A stretch of DNA of 64,000 nt, taken from Macrostomum hystrix (taxonomy: Eukaryota; Animalia; Platyhelminthes). Position numbers and translations under genes: made by a program. The stretch spans positions 1,426,001 to 1,490,000 of the forward strand of contig CATNEN010000035.1 in assembly GCA_950097015.1 (NCBI GenBank), written 5' to 3'. Under the pieces are notes generated by a model. It worked only from the letters and a program-made list of their open reading frames with translations. It had not been told where the DNA came from and made no database searches. This document shows, piece after piece, positions 1-13,112 of this stretch. Position 1 is the first letter of the stretch. The number at the start of each line of letters is the position of its first letter.

Positions 1-50
1 CTGGGAGTAGGATGCCTCACCTGAGGATCTGGAAGTAGGATGACTCAACT

Positions 51-1165
51 AATGATTTGAGATGGTTCTTGGATCATCCTGAGGATCTGGGATGGTTCTT
101 GGATCATCCTGAGGATCTGGGATTGTTCTTGGATCATCCTGAGGATCTGGGATGGTTCTTGGATCATCCTGAGGATCTGGGATGGTTCTTGGATCATCCT
201 GAGGATCTGGGATGGTTCTTGGATCATCCTGAGGATCTGGGATGGTTCTTGGATCATCCTGAGGATCTGGGATGGTTCTTGGATCATCCTGAGGATCTGG
301 GATGGTTCTTGGATCATCCTGAGGATCTGGGATGGTTCTTGGATCATCCTGAGGATCTGGGGTGGTTCTTGGATCATCCTGAGGATCTGGGATGGTTCTT
401 GGATCATCCTGAGGATCTGGGATGGTTCTTGGATCATCCTGAGGATCTGGGGTGGTTCTTGGATCATCCTGAGGATCTGGGATGGTTCTTGGATCATCCT
501 GAGGATCTGGGATGGTTCTTGGATCATCCTGATGATCTGGGATGGTTCTTGGATCATCCTGAGGATCTGGGATGGTTCTTGGATCATCCTGAGGATCTGA
601 GATGGTTCTTGGATCATCCTGAGGATCTGGGATGGTTCTTGGATCATCCTGAGGATCTGGGATGGTTCTTGGATCATCCTGAGGATCTGGGGTGGTTCTT
701 GGATCATCCTGAGGATCTGGGATGGTTCTTGGATCATCCTGAGGATCTGGGATGGTTCTTGGATCATCCTGAGGATCTGGGGTGGTTCTTGGATCATCCT
801 GAGGATCTGGGATGGTTCTTGGATCATCCTGAGGATCTGGGATGGTTCTTGGATCATCCTGAGGATATGGGATGGTTCTTGGATCATCCTGAGGATCTGA
901 GATGGTTCTTGGATCATCCTGAGGATCCGGGATGGTTCTTGGATCATCCTGAGGATCTGGGATGGTTCTTGGATCATCCTGAGGATCTGGGATGGTTCTT
1001 GGATCATCCTGAGGATCTGGGATGGTTCTTGGATCATCCTGAGGATCTGGGATGGTTCTTGGATCATCCTGAGGATCTGGGATGGTTCTTGGATCATCCT
1101 GAGGATCTGGGATGGTTCTTGGATCATCCTGAGGATCTGGGATGGTTCTTGGATCATCCTGAGGA
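51..1165. repeat. 30-bp minisatellite (GATGGTTCTTGGATCATCCTGAGGATCTGG)n, about 37 copies
   Basis: Near-perfect tandem copies; the 10-aa-periodic ORFs on both strands are by-products. Confidence 0.98.
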
Positions 1166-1413
1166 TTTTAGGTGCTTCTTAGATATACCATTTGTCTAAA
1201 ATAACAAAGACAAACAAAACAGAAATTCCAATCCGCCGCGAAGCTCTACACACAGAACTCTTTAACTTCTTTTGTTGCTTTTTTTGCCAATCTTTTGCAA
1301 AACGATTCGTTTACTTTAATGCTAAAACATTTTGCTATTGTTTTAGCCAGCGCGTTTTTTTTAAAACAGTTTGCAGCGAATAAAATTTATCAATCAAATG
1401 ACTGATCGATCGA

Positions 1414-1662
<249 letters not shown>

Positions 1663-2835
1663 TTAATGCCTTACTAGGTTGACAAAATATGTCAGACTAA
1701 AGAGTAATAATTTGACTATACTAGCACTAAAGATCTATGAATTGCAAATTAATACTGTTAATGATAGTTCTATAAGCCTCTGTATTAATAATAAAATTAT
1801 TCACGCTTTTGCTTATTATTAGAGAAATACTGGACTTTCATGATCACAACTTACTATTTGCTTTTGCTACATCAAACTGCATTGAAAAAAAACTTATATG
1901 CACATTAAAAAGCTGTGCAATCTTAAAAGATTTTAGCAAAAAGCTATTCATCAATATAAATAAACTGGTCACCTCTTGCTGATTCTGACAAGTTTTATAA
2001 CAAAAAAAAATAACTATTAAGTGCCACCTAACTACTATATATAGCTTTAAATACTAAATAACAATGTAATTAAACAATTAATTCTCTTGAATATCATCAT
2101 CACCTTATTATTTGGTTTTTTAGACAATCTAGTTGTTCTATATTACCAATGCAAGGCACTAAAAATGACGTATTCTTTTAATTTGATTATTTCACTAAAT
2201 GCAAAACTATTTTTGCTTATTCAATTAATTTTCACTAAATTATTAAGCTTTTAAGCGCGGAAATAGTATTTTTGTAATACTCAAAAAGTCAACATTTTTC
2301 CAGCCTTTGGTCTTTCAGTACTCAGTCTTTTGCTTCAAATTTATTTGGGCAGCCAAAGCTAACAAATTTACTAACATTGTTATAATGAAATTGTTAGTTG
2401 TAATCAATTTGAAAGTTCTTACATTATCATAATAATGACAATTCCAATAGAATATTTTAAGGCATTGAAACTGTTGTTCCAATATATGCAGCATGCATAA
2501 GGTCTAGGACATACATGCGCAACACCTGGCCGACCCAGCCAGGTAAAATGAGGGCCAAGCAAGGTAAGTTGCAAAAACCTACCTTGTGTGTAATAGTGCG
2601 CGCACCTGCGCAACACCTTTGGGAACATCCTTTTCTGGGTAGCGCACTATTATGTCATCTGAGCACACTACTAGGCCTATGACATCTGAGTAACATGCAA
2701 TTGACTCATAGACACTGTCAGTCATCTGTTCATTGGTTGTTAGTCACATTGTTTCTCGGTTGTTATACAAAACTGTCATTAACTGTCGTTTAAAAAACTG
2801 TTTAAATTAAATGTGCAAAACTAGAACATTGCCAC

Positions 2836-3816
2836 ATACATAACGGGTGTCCCAAAAAAGGGTAACACTTTGTGCTAGGCCTATAGCCCAGTAATTTAAC
2901 AGGTCTACAGTAAACATATGTAAGTTTTTCCCACAAAAATTTGGGGTTACTAAAAATTGCTCTAGAGGCGAGTTATTGAGCACAGAAGTGTATGCTAGCT
3001 TTTCTGCCAAGCTTTGCCTACACAGCTGCCATAGACAATATTTTGCTTAAAAAATCTTAAGGAGCATAGACTCTGAGACGGTGTGTGGTCAAATGCCAGT
3101 TTATTTGAAAAAATCGATGTTGATTTTTTGAGCTTGTAAGTGTACACTAGATTCTCTGCTAAGCTTTGCCATAGACGGAGGCCATAGACAATATTTTGCG
3201 TAAGAAAAATTAGAGCATGCATCCACTATGAGACTGATCTAACGTTGAAATTTCCCATGGACCATAGCAGCTGCATAGTTCAGAAACCATCAATGGCTTG
3301 CAAGTTTGAAGAAGAAACTTGTCTTTGGATCATCCAGTGCTATTACCGAAATGGAGAGAGCATCACAGCTGCTTCGAGACAGTTTAACACTTGGCGAAAT
3401 GCTCAACCAAACGATGTGGCCATTCCTCTTTGCACAAAGAAGAATGTTCAACTGGTGCAAAAGTTTCTGACAAAAAAGAACTTACAGTTGTCACATAAAG
3501 GACACAGTGGCAGACCTCGCAGTGTCAGGACAGAAGAGAGCATTTTTGACAAAATTGATGTTTGTCAAATGCTGTGATCAGAGAGTTGGAGGGTGAGAGA
3601 AAATCTCTGAGACAAGTTTCACGAGACCTCGAAATGTCAACTTCGACTGTGCAACGAATCGCGAGACAGGATCTTCACCTGCATGCATATCATGCAGAGA
3701 AGAAGCACGGACTGCTACCAAGTCCAGGTGTCAAGTCACGGCAAAGCCACGTCAGTACAACTTTTTCAAACTCAGAATGCACGTGTGGCATGAATACAAA
3801 CGAAAAAATAATATAA
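2836..3816 (+). mobile_element. Degenerate, truncated Tc1/mariner transposon (transposase N-terminus, frameshifted)
   Basis: ORFs 3245-3577 and 3562-3816 give an HTH-like N-terminus, SGRPRSVRTEE and RKSLRQVSRDLEMSTSTVQRIARQDLHLHAYH, typical of mariner/Tc1 transposases. A TIR-like start (ACGGGTGTCCCAAAAAAGGGTAACAC) is at about 2842. No DDD/E domain or right TIR was found. Confidence 0.8.
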
Positions 3817-4824
3817 CGAATGGAAGTAGAATATTGCCATAGTTATTATACATACATTATACATAACTCTAATTATGTATAGAATTAGACAAGTGCACAG
3901 AGGCATGAATTTATTTGCTAAGGACATGGCTTGTCTACTAAGCCTGAGGGCTGAGACTAAAGCACAACTTTCAGTTTCATTCAAAAAAATTTATAGGCTT
4001 TATCATCATAGGTTACAACTTACAATAGGCCTAATCGAAAAGGGAAAGTGTTATACCATATAATTTTAACTGTAGGACCATTAGCTGCATACAGTGTCAT
4101 TACTTACTTACTTTTCATTACTTATCATTCATTTCTTACTTATCATTCATATGTTTATTATTTCTTACTTTTACAAGACATTAATAAGTTAAGCTAGGCC
4201 TATCCATGTCTGAAAAGGTGGCATTAAATTTCACATAAATAATGTTAATAATATTATTAGCTTTTATTTTTTACATAAATTTATTTATTAATTTTAGTAT
4301 TAATAAACTAGTGCTATAATCGAAGTCGGGGTTCTAATGAATCGAATGGCATATGAGAGTGCCATAATGGCACTCATTTTATGGCACTCGGCGCCAATGC
4401 TCATGCTCGTTTTGTAAAGTTACACCTATAAGTTAGTATGGTAGGCCTAAAACAGTCGCTAATATCACCATGCTTGGCTATTTGTTAGCTGATGCCTAAA
4501 AGCTTCTAGGCCTGAATAAATAAAGAATAGCAGTCGAACAAAAAATTAATATTCTTAGCCGTACACCCACAAACTAAAATGCGCGGGTGTGTCAGAATGT
4601 GTCAACGGCAAAATGCAAATTAAAAACCTGCCTTTCTTAAGCAGCAAAGCAAAGCTTAACATATAGTACAGAAATCAATATCAAAGTCAATTTAGAAAGA
4701 TATGCTTTCTACAAAAACTTTTACTATACTGTTCTTTTGGTTAAAGCAATTTAATATTCAATAAGATTCGCATTTTACGTTTGACAACTGCGTGAATATT
4801 ACACCGAATTTTTTAACCGATGTC

Positions 4825-5080
4825 TTTGAGCTCGATTCCGCGGCGAGGCCACATTCACTTGGGCCGAGAGAAGTCTTGGGGGCTTGTCTCGAGTGAAATT
4901 TACGCACTTCAGGGCCAAACCCCAAGGCACAGTGAAATTGTACACTGCCTGACGATGAGAAAGTCAGGGCTGGCTACAGATGTAGTGACACATCTGCGTG
5001 TGCCTACGGACAGAACGGACAGACTCGCTGGCTGCGAGTCTAGTGAAATTACATTGCCCACAGCCCTCCTGCAATAATTA
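4825..5080 (+). mobile_element. tRNA-derived SINE family A, diverged 5'-truncated copy
   Basis: B-box-like GAGCTCGATTCC, shared core CTGCCTGACGATGAGAAAGTCAGGGC and 3' end CAGCCCTCCTGCAATAATTAT. Confidence 0.8.
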
Positions 5081-5306
5081 TATTTTTTTAGCTTTTATAA
5101 ACTATAATATTTCACGTCGATAAGCTTTTTATCTAATCTTTCGCCCTTTTTCGATCTCGTTTTTCCAAGATCGCAAATTAATTTCATTTGGGAAAATAAA
5201 AAACTATGACCAGAACAAAAAAGTGGTATTTTATCTTCAATATATTTGGATCTTGAACAACGCGCGTTTTCCTGATTAAAATCGGTCACAAATATATGCA
5301 TGCAAG

Positions 5307-5570
5307 TCAACGTTTTCCCGGTCTTCGGCCCCTTCTTGAGCCCATTGAAACACCGCCACCGATGGCACCGCCTCTGGAGCCGCGCCTCTTTAGGGTGCCA
5401 CCAACCAGGCTGATGTCGCGCTTCTTCGCATTCAGGCCGTCCAGTCCTTCTAGAAAGTCGCGCTCTTGATTGACTGCAGCGGAGGCGTCCGAGATGTCGC
5501 TTGCTTTGCTGAAATCGATCACGAAAATAGCCACAGTGACCAATAAGAGCAGCAGCTTCATATGCGGCAT
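5307..5570 (-). CDS. Small secreted peptide precursor (neuropeptide- or antimicrobial-peptide-like)
   Basis: Hydrophobic signal peptide (MPHMKLLLLLVTVAIFVIDFSKA), acidic pro-region, KKR and KRR basic cleavage sites, C-terminal GKR amidation signal; GC-rich against AT-rich flanks. Confidence 0.8.
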   Translation of the reverse strand: MPHMKLLLLLVTVAIFVIDFSKASDISDASAAVNQERDFLEGLDGLNAKKRDISLVGGTLKRRGSRGGAIGGGVSMGSRRGRRPGKR

Positions 5571-6009
5571 CACTGTTTAGTTGCTTTCGATAAATAAATC
5601 ACTTAAATCTAAACATTCAGATCGGACATCAGAAAGAGAGCTTCTATTTTTATACTGCTTGGAAGTAGACGGATGTCGCCTATTAATGCTCAATCAAAAC
5701 GAACCTTCAATTTTGATATACGATTTATTTCTCATTTTCATTTCAAAAATACGATATGATCAGTCATTGACAAACACCGGAAGTAAAATTTCAATTGACT
5801 GACATGGACACAGCTAGGGTGGCACAGTTCATAGATATGTACGACAAGTACTATATGCGATTCTCTACTTAGGGAGTTTCTCAGCAATTACGGAGACTCT
5901 CTGCTCAGGGAAAAATCTCTGCTCAAAGAGACTCTCTGCTCAGGGAAACTCTCTGCTCAAGCAGACTCTCTGCTCTCCCTGCTCTGCTACAACATCAACG
6001 GACAACCAA

Positions 6010-7135
6010 TGATGTGGTAGACTCAATGATGAGGTAGACTCAATGATGAGGAAGACTCAATGATGAGGAAGACTCAATGATTAAATAGACTCAATGTTGT
6101 AGTAGAGTCAATGATGCTGTAGCGCTTTTGTGGTCGCGAGTTCGCGAGTAATTAAGAGCTAGGCGGTGGTTTTTTTGTATTGTTTGTTGAGTCTCGTATG
6201 AGATCAGAAAGGTTTGTTATTATTGGATTGGGTGCAGTATATTTATAGTGTATTTTAGCATTTCCGGAAGTTTCTAGAAATATACTGTACGGTAAAACAA
6301 ATTTAATTAGGCTATTTATTATTAGATGCAAGCGCATGAGGAGTTTGTGTTAGATATACAATAATTTCCGGTGAATTATGCAACCATTGCACCAAAGGAA
6401 TACCCTGAGAAAAATGGCGAAGCCCAATTTATACCACATCGAAGAACTTTCTAGAAATCAATGTTTTCGTACTGTATAGAATGTTCTCGAAGGCCAATTG
6501 AACATCGTACAGAAGTTTCGCGAATTAAGGTCACTACAATGTAGTAGACTCAATGATGTAGTAGACTCAATGATGTAGTAGACTTAATGATGTAGTAGAC
6601 TCAATGATGTAGTAGACTCAATGATGTAGTAGACTCAATGATGTAGTAGACTCAATGATGAGGTAGACTCAATGATGAGGTAGACTCAATGATCAGGTAG
6701 ACTCAATGATGAGGTAGACTTAATCATGAGGTAGACTTAATGATGAGGTAGACTCAATGATGAGGTAGACTCAATGATGAGGTAGACTCAATGATGAGGT
6801 AGACTTAATGATGAGGTAGACTCAATGATGAGGTAGACTTAATCATGAGGTAGTCTCAATGATGAGGTAGACTCAATGATGAGGTAGACTTAATGATGAG
6901 GTAGACTCAATGATGAGGTAGACTCAATGATCAGGTAGACTCAATGATGAGGTAGACTTAATCATGAGGTAGTCTCAATGATGAGGTAGACTCAATGATG
7001 AGGTAGACTTAATGATGAGGTAGACTCAATGATGAGGTAGACTTAATCATGAGGTAGTCTCAATGATGAGGTAGACTCAATGATGAGGTAGACTTAATCA
7101 TGAGGTAGTCTCAATGATGAGGTAGACTCAATCAT
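6010..7135. repeat. 17-bp minisatellite (GTAGACTCAATGATGAG)n, split in two blocks by an insertion at 6118-6538
   Basis: Same unit at 6010-6117 and 6539-7135. Confidence 0.93.
6118..6538 (-). mobile_element. Probable solo LTR (about 420 bp) inserted into the 17-bp array
   Basis: Non-repeat block bounded by TGTAGCG...CACTACA (TG..CA, 6/7 inverted match), with a TATAAATA box on the minus strand; it interrupts an otherwise continuous array. Confidence 0.45.
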
Positions 7136-7671
7136 GTGGTACATTTCCTCAATGTCGTATCTCCCCCTGTGTATTGCAAATCCAAGATGTACAGTACAAG
7201 CTAGAAGAATTCCTTTGAATTATGATACTTTTTTATGAAAAAATTTCACATTTTTATATAGGTCTACTCAATATACTCCTTTAAGTAGGGAAGCTAGGTA
7301 CAATTAAAAATTCACTTTTATTTTCATTAATTGAATGATCTGCATTGAGTAGCTAGTTCAATGAATTACCAGAGTTATCTGAGGACGCGATATTCAGGAT
7401 GAGAAAGATGAAAGATGGGATACATTTCCACAGGATGTGTAGCCATAGGATATTATTCTCTATTTTCAAAAGAAGCGAATGTGATTTGGAGAATAGCAAG
7501 TAAGAGAGTTATCGGATAAATCACAATCCGAGCTGTGTTGGATGATGCTGAGTTCGGATGCTGGGTTCCGAATCTGATTGATGAGGCCAATTTTCGCTTC
7601 TTGCTTTCGTTTTTAATGAATTTTTGCTTTATTTATACATGGCACCTGCCTGAGATCTCAATTCTTCGCGT

Positions 7672-7679
7672 AGATACAC

Positions 7680-7711
<32 letters not shown>

Positions 7712-7712
7712 T

Positions 7713-7776
<64 letters not shown>

Positions 7777-7798
7777 CACAGACACCAGACAGACAGAC

Positions 7799-7889
<91 letters not shown>

Positions 7890-7953
7890 GAGACACACAG
7901 ACACCAGACAGACAGACAGATAGATAGACAGATAGACAGACACACAGACACCC

Positions 7954-8000
<47 letters not shown>
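7672..8000. repeat. (GACA)n microsatellite
   Basis: Direct inspection. Confidence 0.97.
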
Positions 8001-8334
8001 TAAAATCGGAGTTCATGACAGTAGAAGGCATAGTGCCTTCTATGTTCCATATTTAGTCGTAGATGAAATACAGAATTGAAATCTCCTGACCTATTGTGCC
8101 CATTGTCCAGTGTTCCGAACCATCAGAAACCTTTGTCCGCTTGTCATGCTGTCCAGTCGCTCTAACTTCACCTTCCTCATATTTCACGGCCACTGTGTGA
8201 TCAATCAAATAATCATTGACCGCATCGGTTGTTGTGTAGCATGTCAATTTCTGACTTACTGGTCAGTCGACCAAAGCAATGTTACTGGCTCGTACGAGGA
8301 CAGAAGCCTACATCTGGCTATTCAGTAACGGCTG

Positions 8335-8540
8335 CTGAGGGACTGATAAGGATAATAAGGAACTGATTAGGAAGATAAGGAACTGATTAGAAAGGATAGG
8401 AACTGATTACAGAGATAAGGAACTGATTAGAAAGATAAGGACTGATTAGAAAGATAAGGACTGATTAGAAAGATAAGGAACTAATAAGAAAGAAAGGAAC
8501 TGATTAGGTAGATAAGGTGCTGATAAGGAAGATTTGGACT
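8335..8540. repeat. Degenerate ~20-bp repeat (GATAAGGAACTGATTAGAAA)n
   Basis: Direct inspection. Confidence 0.8.
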
Positions 8541-8904
8541 GAATTGTATCACACAAACTTACTAGCAGAGGCCGCACTGTATCTGATTCATGGCATCACA
8601 TTCTTGAGAGGCTAATCCAAAAACTTTACCTCCTGTTATCTGATTGGTTGAACAGCTAAACCAATGAAAACGGCTGATTTAATAAAGTTACAAGAACTTG
8701 TCGCAAAAAGGATGTTACTTAACTCTGAGACCAAAGCAGCATGCATCTAGCTCAGATTTCGATAGAAGCGATAGACAACATTTGGCTGAATTTCAGTAAG
8801 TAAAACACTTTGGCTTTTTGTCTTACAATTGTTTCGATATGATCCTAAAAGTCCTTAAGAAACTAAAATCTCTCCCCCTTCTGTCGCTCTAAGAAGAAGA
8901 AGAG

Positions 8905-9560
8905 ATGCTTCATCTCTCATGTCTTCATGTCTCTCATCTCATGCCTAGACATGTCTCATCTCTCCCCTGTCTTATCTCTCCCCTGCCTCATCTCTTCCCT
9001 GTCTCATCTCTCCCCTGTCTCATCTCTCCCCTGTCTCATCTCTCCCCTGTCTCATCTCTCCCCTGTCTTATCTCTCCCCTGTCTCATCTCTCCCCTTTCT
9101 TATCTCTTCCCTGTCTCATCTCTTCCCTGTCTCATCTCTCCCCTGTCTTATCTCTCCCCTGTCTCATCTCTCCCCTGTCTCATCTCTCCCCTGTCTCATC
9201 TCTCCCCTGTCTCATCTCTCCCCTGTCTCATCTCTCCCCTGTCTCATCTCTCCCCTGTCTCATCTCTCCCCTGTCTCATCTCTCCCCTGTCTCATCTCTC
9301 CCCTGTCTCATCTCTCCCCTGTCTCATCTCTCCCCTGTCTCATCTCTCCCCTGTCTCATCTCTCCCCTGTCTCATCTCTCCCCTGTCTCATCTCTCCCCT
9401 GTCTCATCTCTCCCCTGCCTCATCTCTTCCCTGCCTCATCTCTCCCCTGTCTCATCTCTCCCTGTCTCATCTCTCCCCTGTCTCATCTCTCCCTGTCTCA
9501 TCTCTCCCTGTCTCATCTCTCCCCTGTCTCATCTCTCCCCTGTCTCATCTCTCCCCTGTC
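8905..9560. repeat. 16-bp pyrimidine-rich minisatellite (TCATCTCTCCCCTGTC)n
   Basis: Tandem copies; 16-aa periodic ORFs. Confidence 0.97.
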
Positions 9561-10139
9561 TGTGTCTACTTATTCAGCATTGATGTTGTAAGCAAGGCGC
9601 CATTTTTGTATTGTTTTTCGTATCGACTTCCTACTGACCAGATGCTTCTGTTGATTTGTCCTTAGTTGTTGCAAGTCAACTAAGTCGCTGATTTCGTCGA
9701 TAACACAGATTTTGGCTGCTTTGCATTCGTCTAAATGACACAACTAAGGCCGAGAAAAAATGCCATTTTTTACTTTTTTGCTCTCTTGACATTTCCCCGA
9801 CTTCGCTGTCAGCCTTCAGACTTTTTTTGGCGGCCCTGAAAGCCGATTCCTCCACGTGAATCGCCATATTTGCCGGTCCTACTAGAAGAACAAGAGACTG
9901 CAACAAAATACCTTTCTAAACCAGATGACGCCAACGTGTCAAAACTGACAGTCAACAGTCGGAATGTCAGGCGGTACAAATATGGCATTATGGGTGGAAA
10001 AAACAAATAAGACTATAGTCGTTAAAAAGATAATACTTTTTAAGTAGGACGATGATTGTCTTACTAATTCCTCTAAAAGTGAATTAGATGGTTGTGATCA
10101 GCGTAATAATTATAAATAATAACATTTAACGCACCAATT

Positions 10140-10600
10140 ACTGTACCAATCCATACGAGGAAATGTACCAATCCACACCAGGAACTGTACCAATCAATAG
10201 GAGGAATTGTACCAATCCACACCAGGAACTGTACCAATCCACACCAGGAACTGTACCAATCGACACCAGGAACTGTACCAATCCACACCAGGAACTGTAT
10301 CAATCCACACCAGGAACTGTACCAATCCACACCAGGAACTGTACCAATCCACACCAGGAACTGTACCAATCCACACCAGGAACTGTACCAATCCACACCA
10401 GGAACTGTATCAATCCACACCAGGAACTGTACCAATCCACACCAGGAACTTTACCAATCCACACCAGGAACTGTACCAATCCACACCAGGAACTGTACCA
10501 ATCCACACCAGGAACTGTACCAATCCACACCAGGAACTGTACCAATCCACACCAGGAACTGTACCAATCCACACCAGGAACTGTACCAATTAGTACATAC
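10140..10600. repeat. 22-bp minisatellite (GTACCAATCCACACCAGGAACT)n
   Basis: Tandem copies. Confidence 0.97.
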
Positions 10601-11079
10601 AGTACCAATCCATACCAATCTATACAAATCGAAACTAATTTGTGCCATGCAGAACAATGCAGTGCTCAGATTCTCAACGCAGCTTGAGCTCTATAAGCCA
10701 AACTAAAATGACATCATCATTAGCAAAGTATGGAACACCTTTGCTTGTAGTTTGGGTTATACACTAACGGTGTCAGAGCAGAACAGAAAAGAAGGCAGGG
10801 AACATAATTGATGAAGTCAGGCGGAAAGACAGGCTGACAAACAACTATGGCAAGAGGTTATGTAACTAAAGGGTAGCGACAATTACTAGAGACACGAAGC
10901 GACTGCTCAGTGAAGCGACAGCCCATGCGGGCAACTTCTTCTGCTTGTGAATGGCGTTTGAAGGCAAACGGTGGAGGAGTCACGTGGTTTTCAAGGGCAC
11001 GATGTATAGGTTGCTTGTTAAACCATTTCATTTATTCTTTTGAGACTGATTCGTTTACTCACATGGGCCGACAGCTAGA

Positions 11080-11114
11080 TAGACAGCTAGATAGGCAGCT
11101 AGATAGACAGATCC

Positions 11115-11154
<40 letters not shown>

Positions 11155-11331
11155 ATAGATATAGATATAGATAGATAGACTGCTAGATAGCTAGATAGAT
11201 AGATAGATAGATATAGATAGATAGACAGCTAGATAGACAGCTAGATAGACAGCTAGATAGACAGCTAGATAGACAGATACAGATACATAGACAGCTAGAT
11301 AGCTAGATAGATACATAGACAGCTAGATAGC

Positions 11332-11364
<33 letters not shown>

Positions 11365-11446
11365 GGATAGATATAGATAGATAGACAGCTAGATAGACAG
11401 CTAGATAGACAGCTAGATAGACAGCTAGATAGACAGCTAGATAGAC

Positions 11447-11479
<33 letters not shown>

Positions 11480-11546
11480 TAGATAGATAGACAGCTAGAT
11501 AGACAGCTAGATAGACAGCTAGATAGACAACTAGATAGATAGATAC

Positions 11547-11581
<35 letters not shown>

Positions 11582-11822
11582 TAGATAGATAGACAGCTAG
11601 ATAGACAGATACAGATACATAGACAGCTAGATAGACAGCTAGATAGACAGATACAGATACATAGACAGCTAGATAGCTAGATAGATAGATAGATAGATAG
11701 ATAGATATAGATAGATAGACAGCTAGATAGACAGCTAGATAGACAGCTAGATAGACAGCTAGATAGACAGCTAGATAGACAGCTAGATAGACAGCTAGAT
11801 AAGACAGCTAGATAAGACAGAT
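11080..11822. repeat. Compound (GATA)n / (AGATAGACAGCT)n repeat
   Basis: Direct inspection. Confidence 0.96.
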
Positions 11823-12089
11823 AGTCCGAAGCAGACAGTTGTGGAATAATTTATCATTATCTGCTCCGTCAAGCATTGGAAGATTTAAATAATGCAAAAC
11901 GCTACAGTGGCTCTGCATGGACTTGCTGGCGACTGGCAGTGTGGATGAGATATGCCCTTCTGGCTAATTCTAACTGAAGCCGATAATGTTCTATGAATCT
12001 GATTTGCATATTTTACTATATGAACTTTAGGAAATGGGCTACAGAATTTCATTAGATGTTTACAAGAATAGGAAAAAAACATTTTCCCT

Positions 12090-12260
12090 GCCCCATCTCC
12101 TCTCCACTCCTCTCCTCTCCTCTCCTCTTCTCTCCTCTCCTCTCCTCTCCTCTCCTCTCCTCTCCTCTCCTCTCCTCTATCTCCTCTCCTCTCCTCTATC
12201 TCCTCTCCTCTCGTCTCCTCTCCTCTCCTCTCGTCTCGTCTCGTCTCCTCTCCTCTCGTA
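12090..12260. repeat. (CTCCT)n microsatellite
   Basis: Direct inspection. Confidence 0.96.
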
Positions 12261-12461
12261 TGACAAGTAGAGAGTTTTCTGAAAAAATATTTTCTGTAAT
12301 TTTTTTCCTGCATGGACTTTAAGTTCTGTTACAATTATTCGCATGACCAGCTTTGCTAATTGTGTGGGAGTCCCGTGAGATTGAGATGTTCAGACTGGGA
12401 CACTCGAAACTGACAAATCACATCTGGACTAGCTTTTCCAGCCTTCGTTTGAGTACTTCTC

Positions 12462-13112
12462 AGGAGAGGAGAGGAGAGGAGAGGAGAGGAGAGGAGAGGA
12501 GAGGAGAGGAGATAGAGGAGAGGAGATAGAGGAGAGGAGAGAAGAGGAGATAGAGGAGAGGAGATATAGGAGAGGAGAGGAGAGGAGAGGAGAGGAGAGG
12601 AGAGGAGAGGAGAGGAGATAGAGGAGAGGAGATAGAGGAGAGGAGAGAAGAGGAGATAGAGGAGAGGAGATAGAGGAGAGGAGAGGAGAGGAGAGGAGAG
12701 GAGAGGAGAGGAGAGGAGAGGAGAGGAGAGGAGAGGAGAGGAGAGGAGAGGAGAGGAGAGGAGAGGAGAGGAGAGGAGATAGAGGAGAGGAGATAGAGGA
12801 GAGGAGAGAAGAGGAGATAGAGGAGAGGAGATAGAGGAGAGGAGAGAAGAGGAGATAGAGGAGAGGAGATAGAGGAGAGGAGAGAAGAGGAGATAGAGGA
12901 GAGGAGATAGAGGAGAGGAGAGGAGAGGAGATAGAGGAGAGGAGATAGAGGAGAGGAGAGGAGAGGAGAGGAGAGGTTAGGAGAGGAGAGGAGATAGAGG
13001 AGAGGAGAGGAGAGGAGAGGAGATAGAGGAGAGGAGATAGAGGAGAGGAGAGGAGAGGAGAGGAGAGGAGAGGAGAGGAGAGGAGAGGAGAGGAGAGGAA
13101 AGGAGAGGAGAG
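12462..13112. repeat. (AGAGG)n microsatellite with GATA variants
   Basis: Direct inspection. Confidence 0.97.

Noticed and set aside
45-1199. 370-380 aa ORFs on both strands
   Set aside because: Translation of a stop-free 30-bp tandem unit with no unique domain. The same applies to repeat-derived ORFs at 7629-8050, 8905-9591, 10073-10687, 14049-15029, 28516-29252, 34783-36359, 37478-38419, 40285-41676, 44667-45636, 47497-48247 and 49286-50214.
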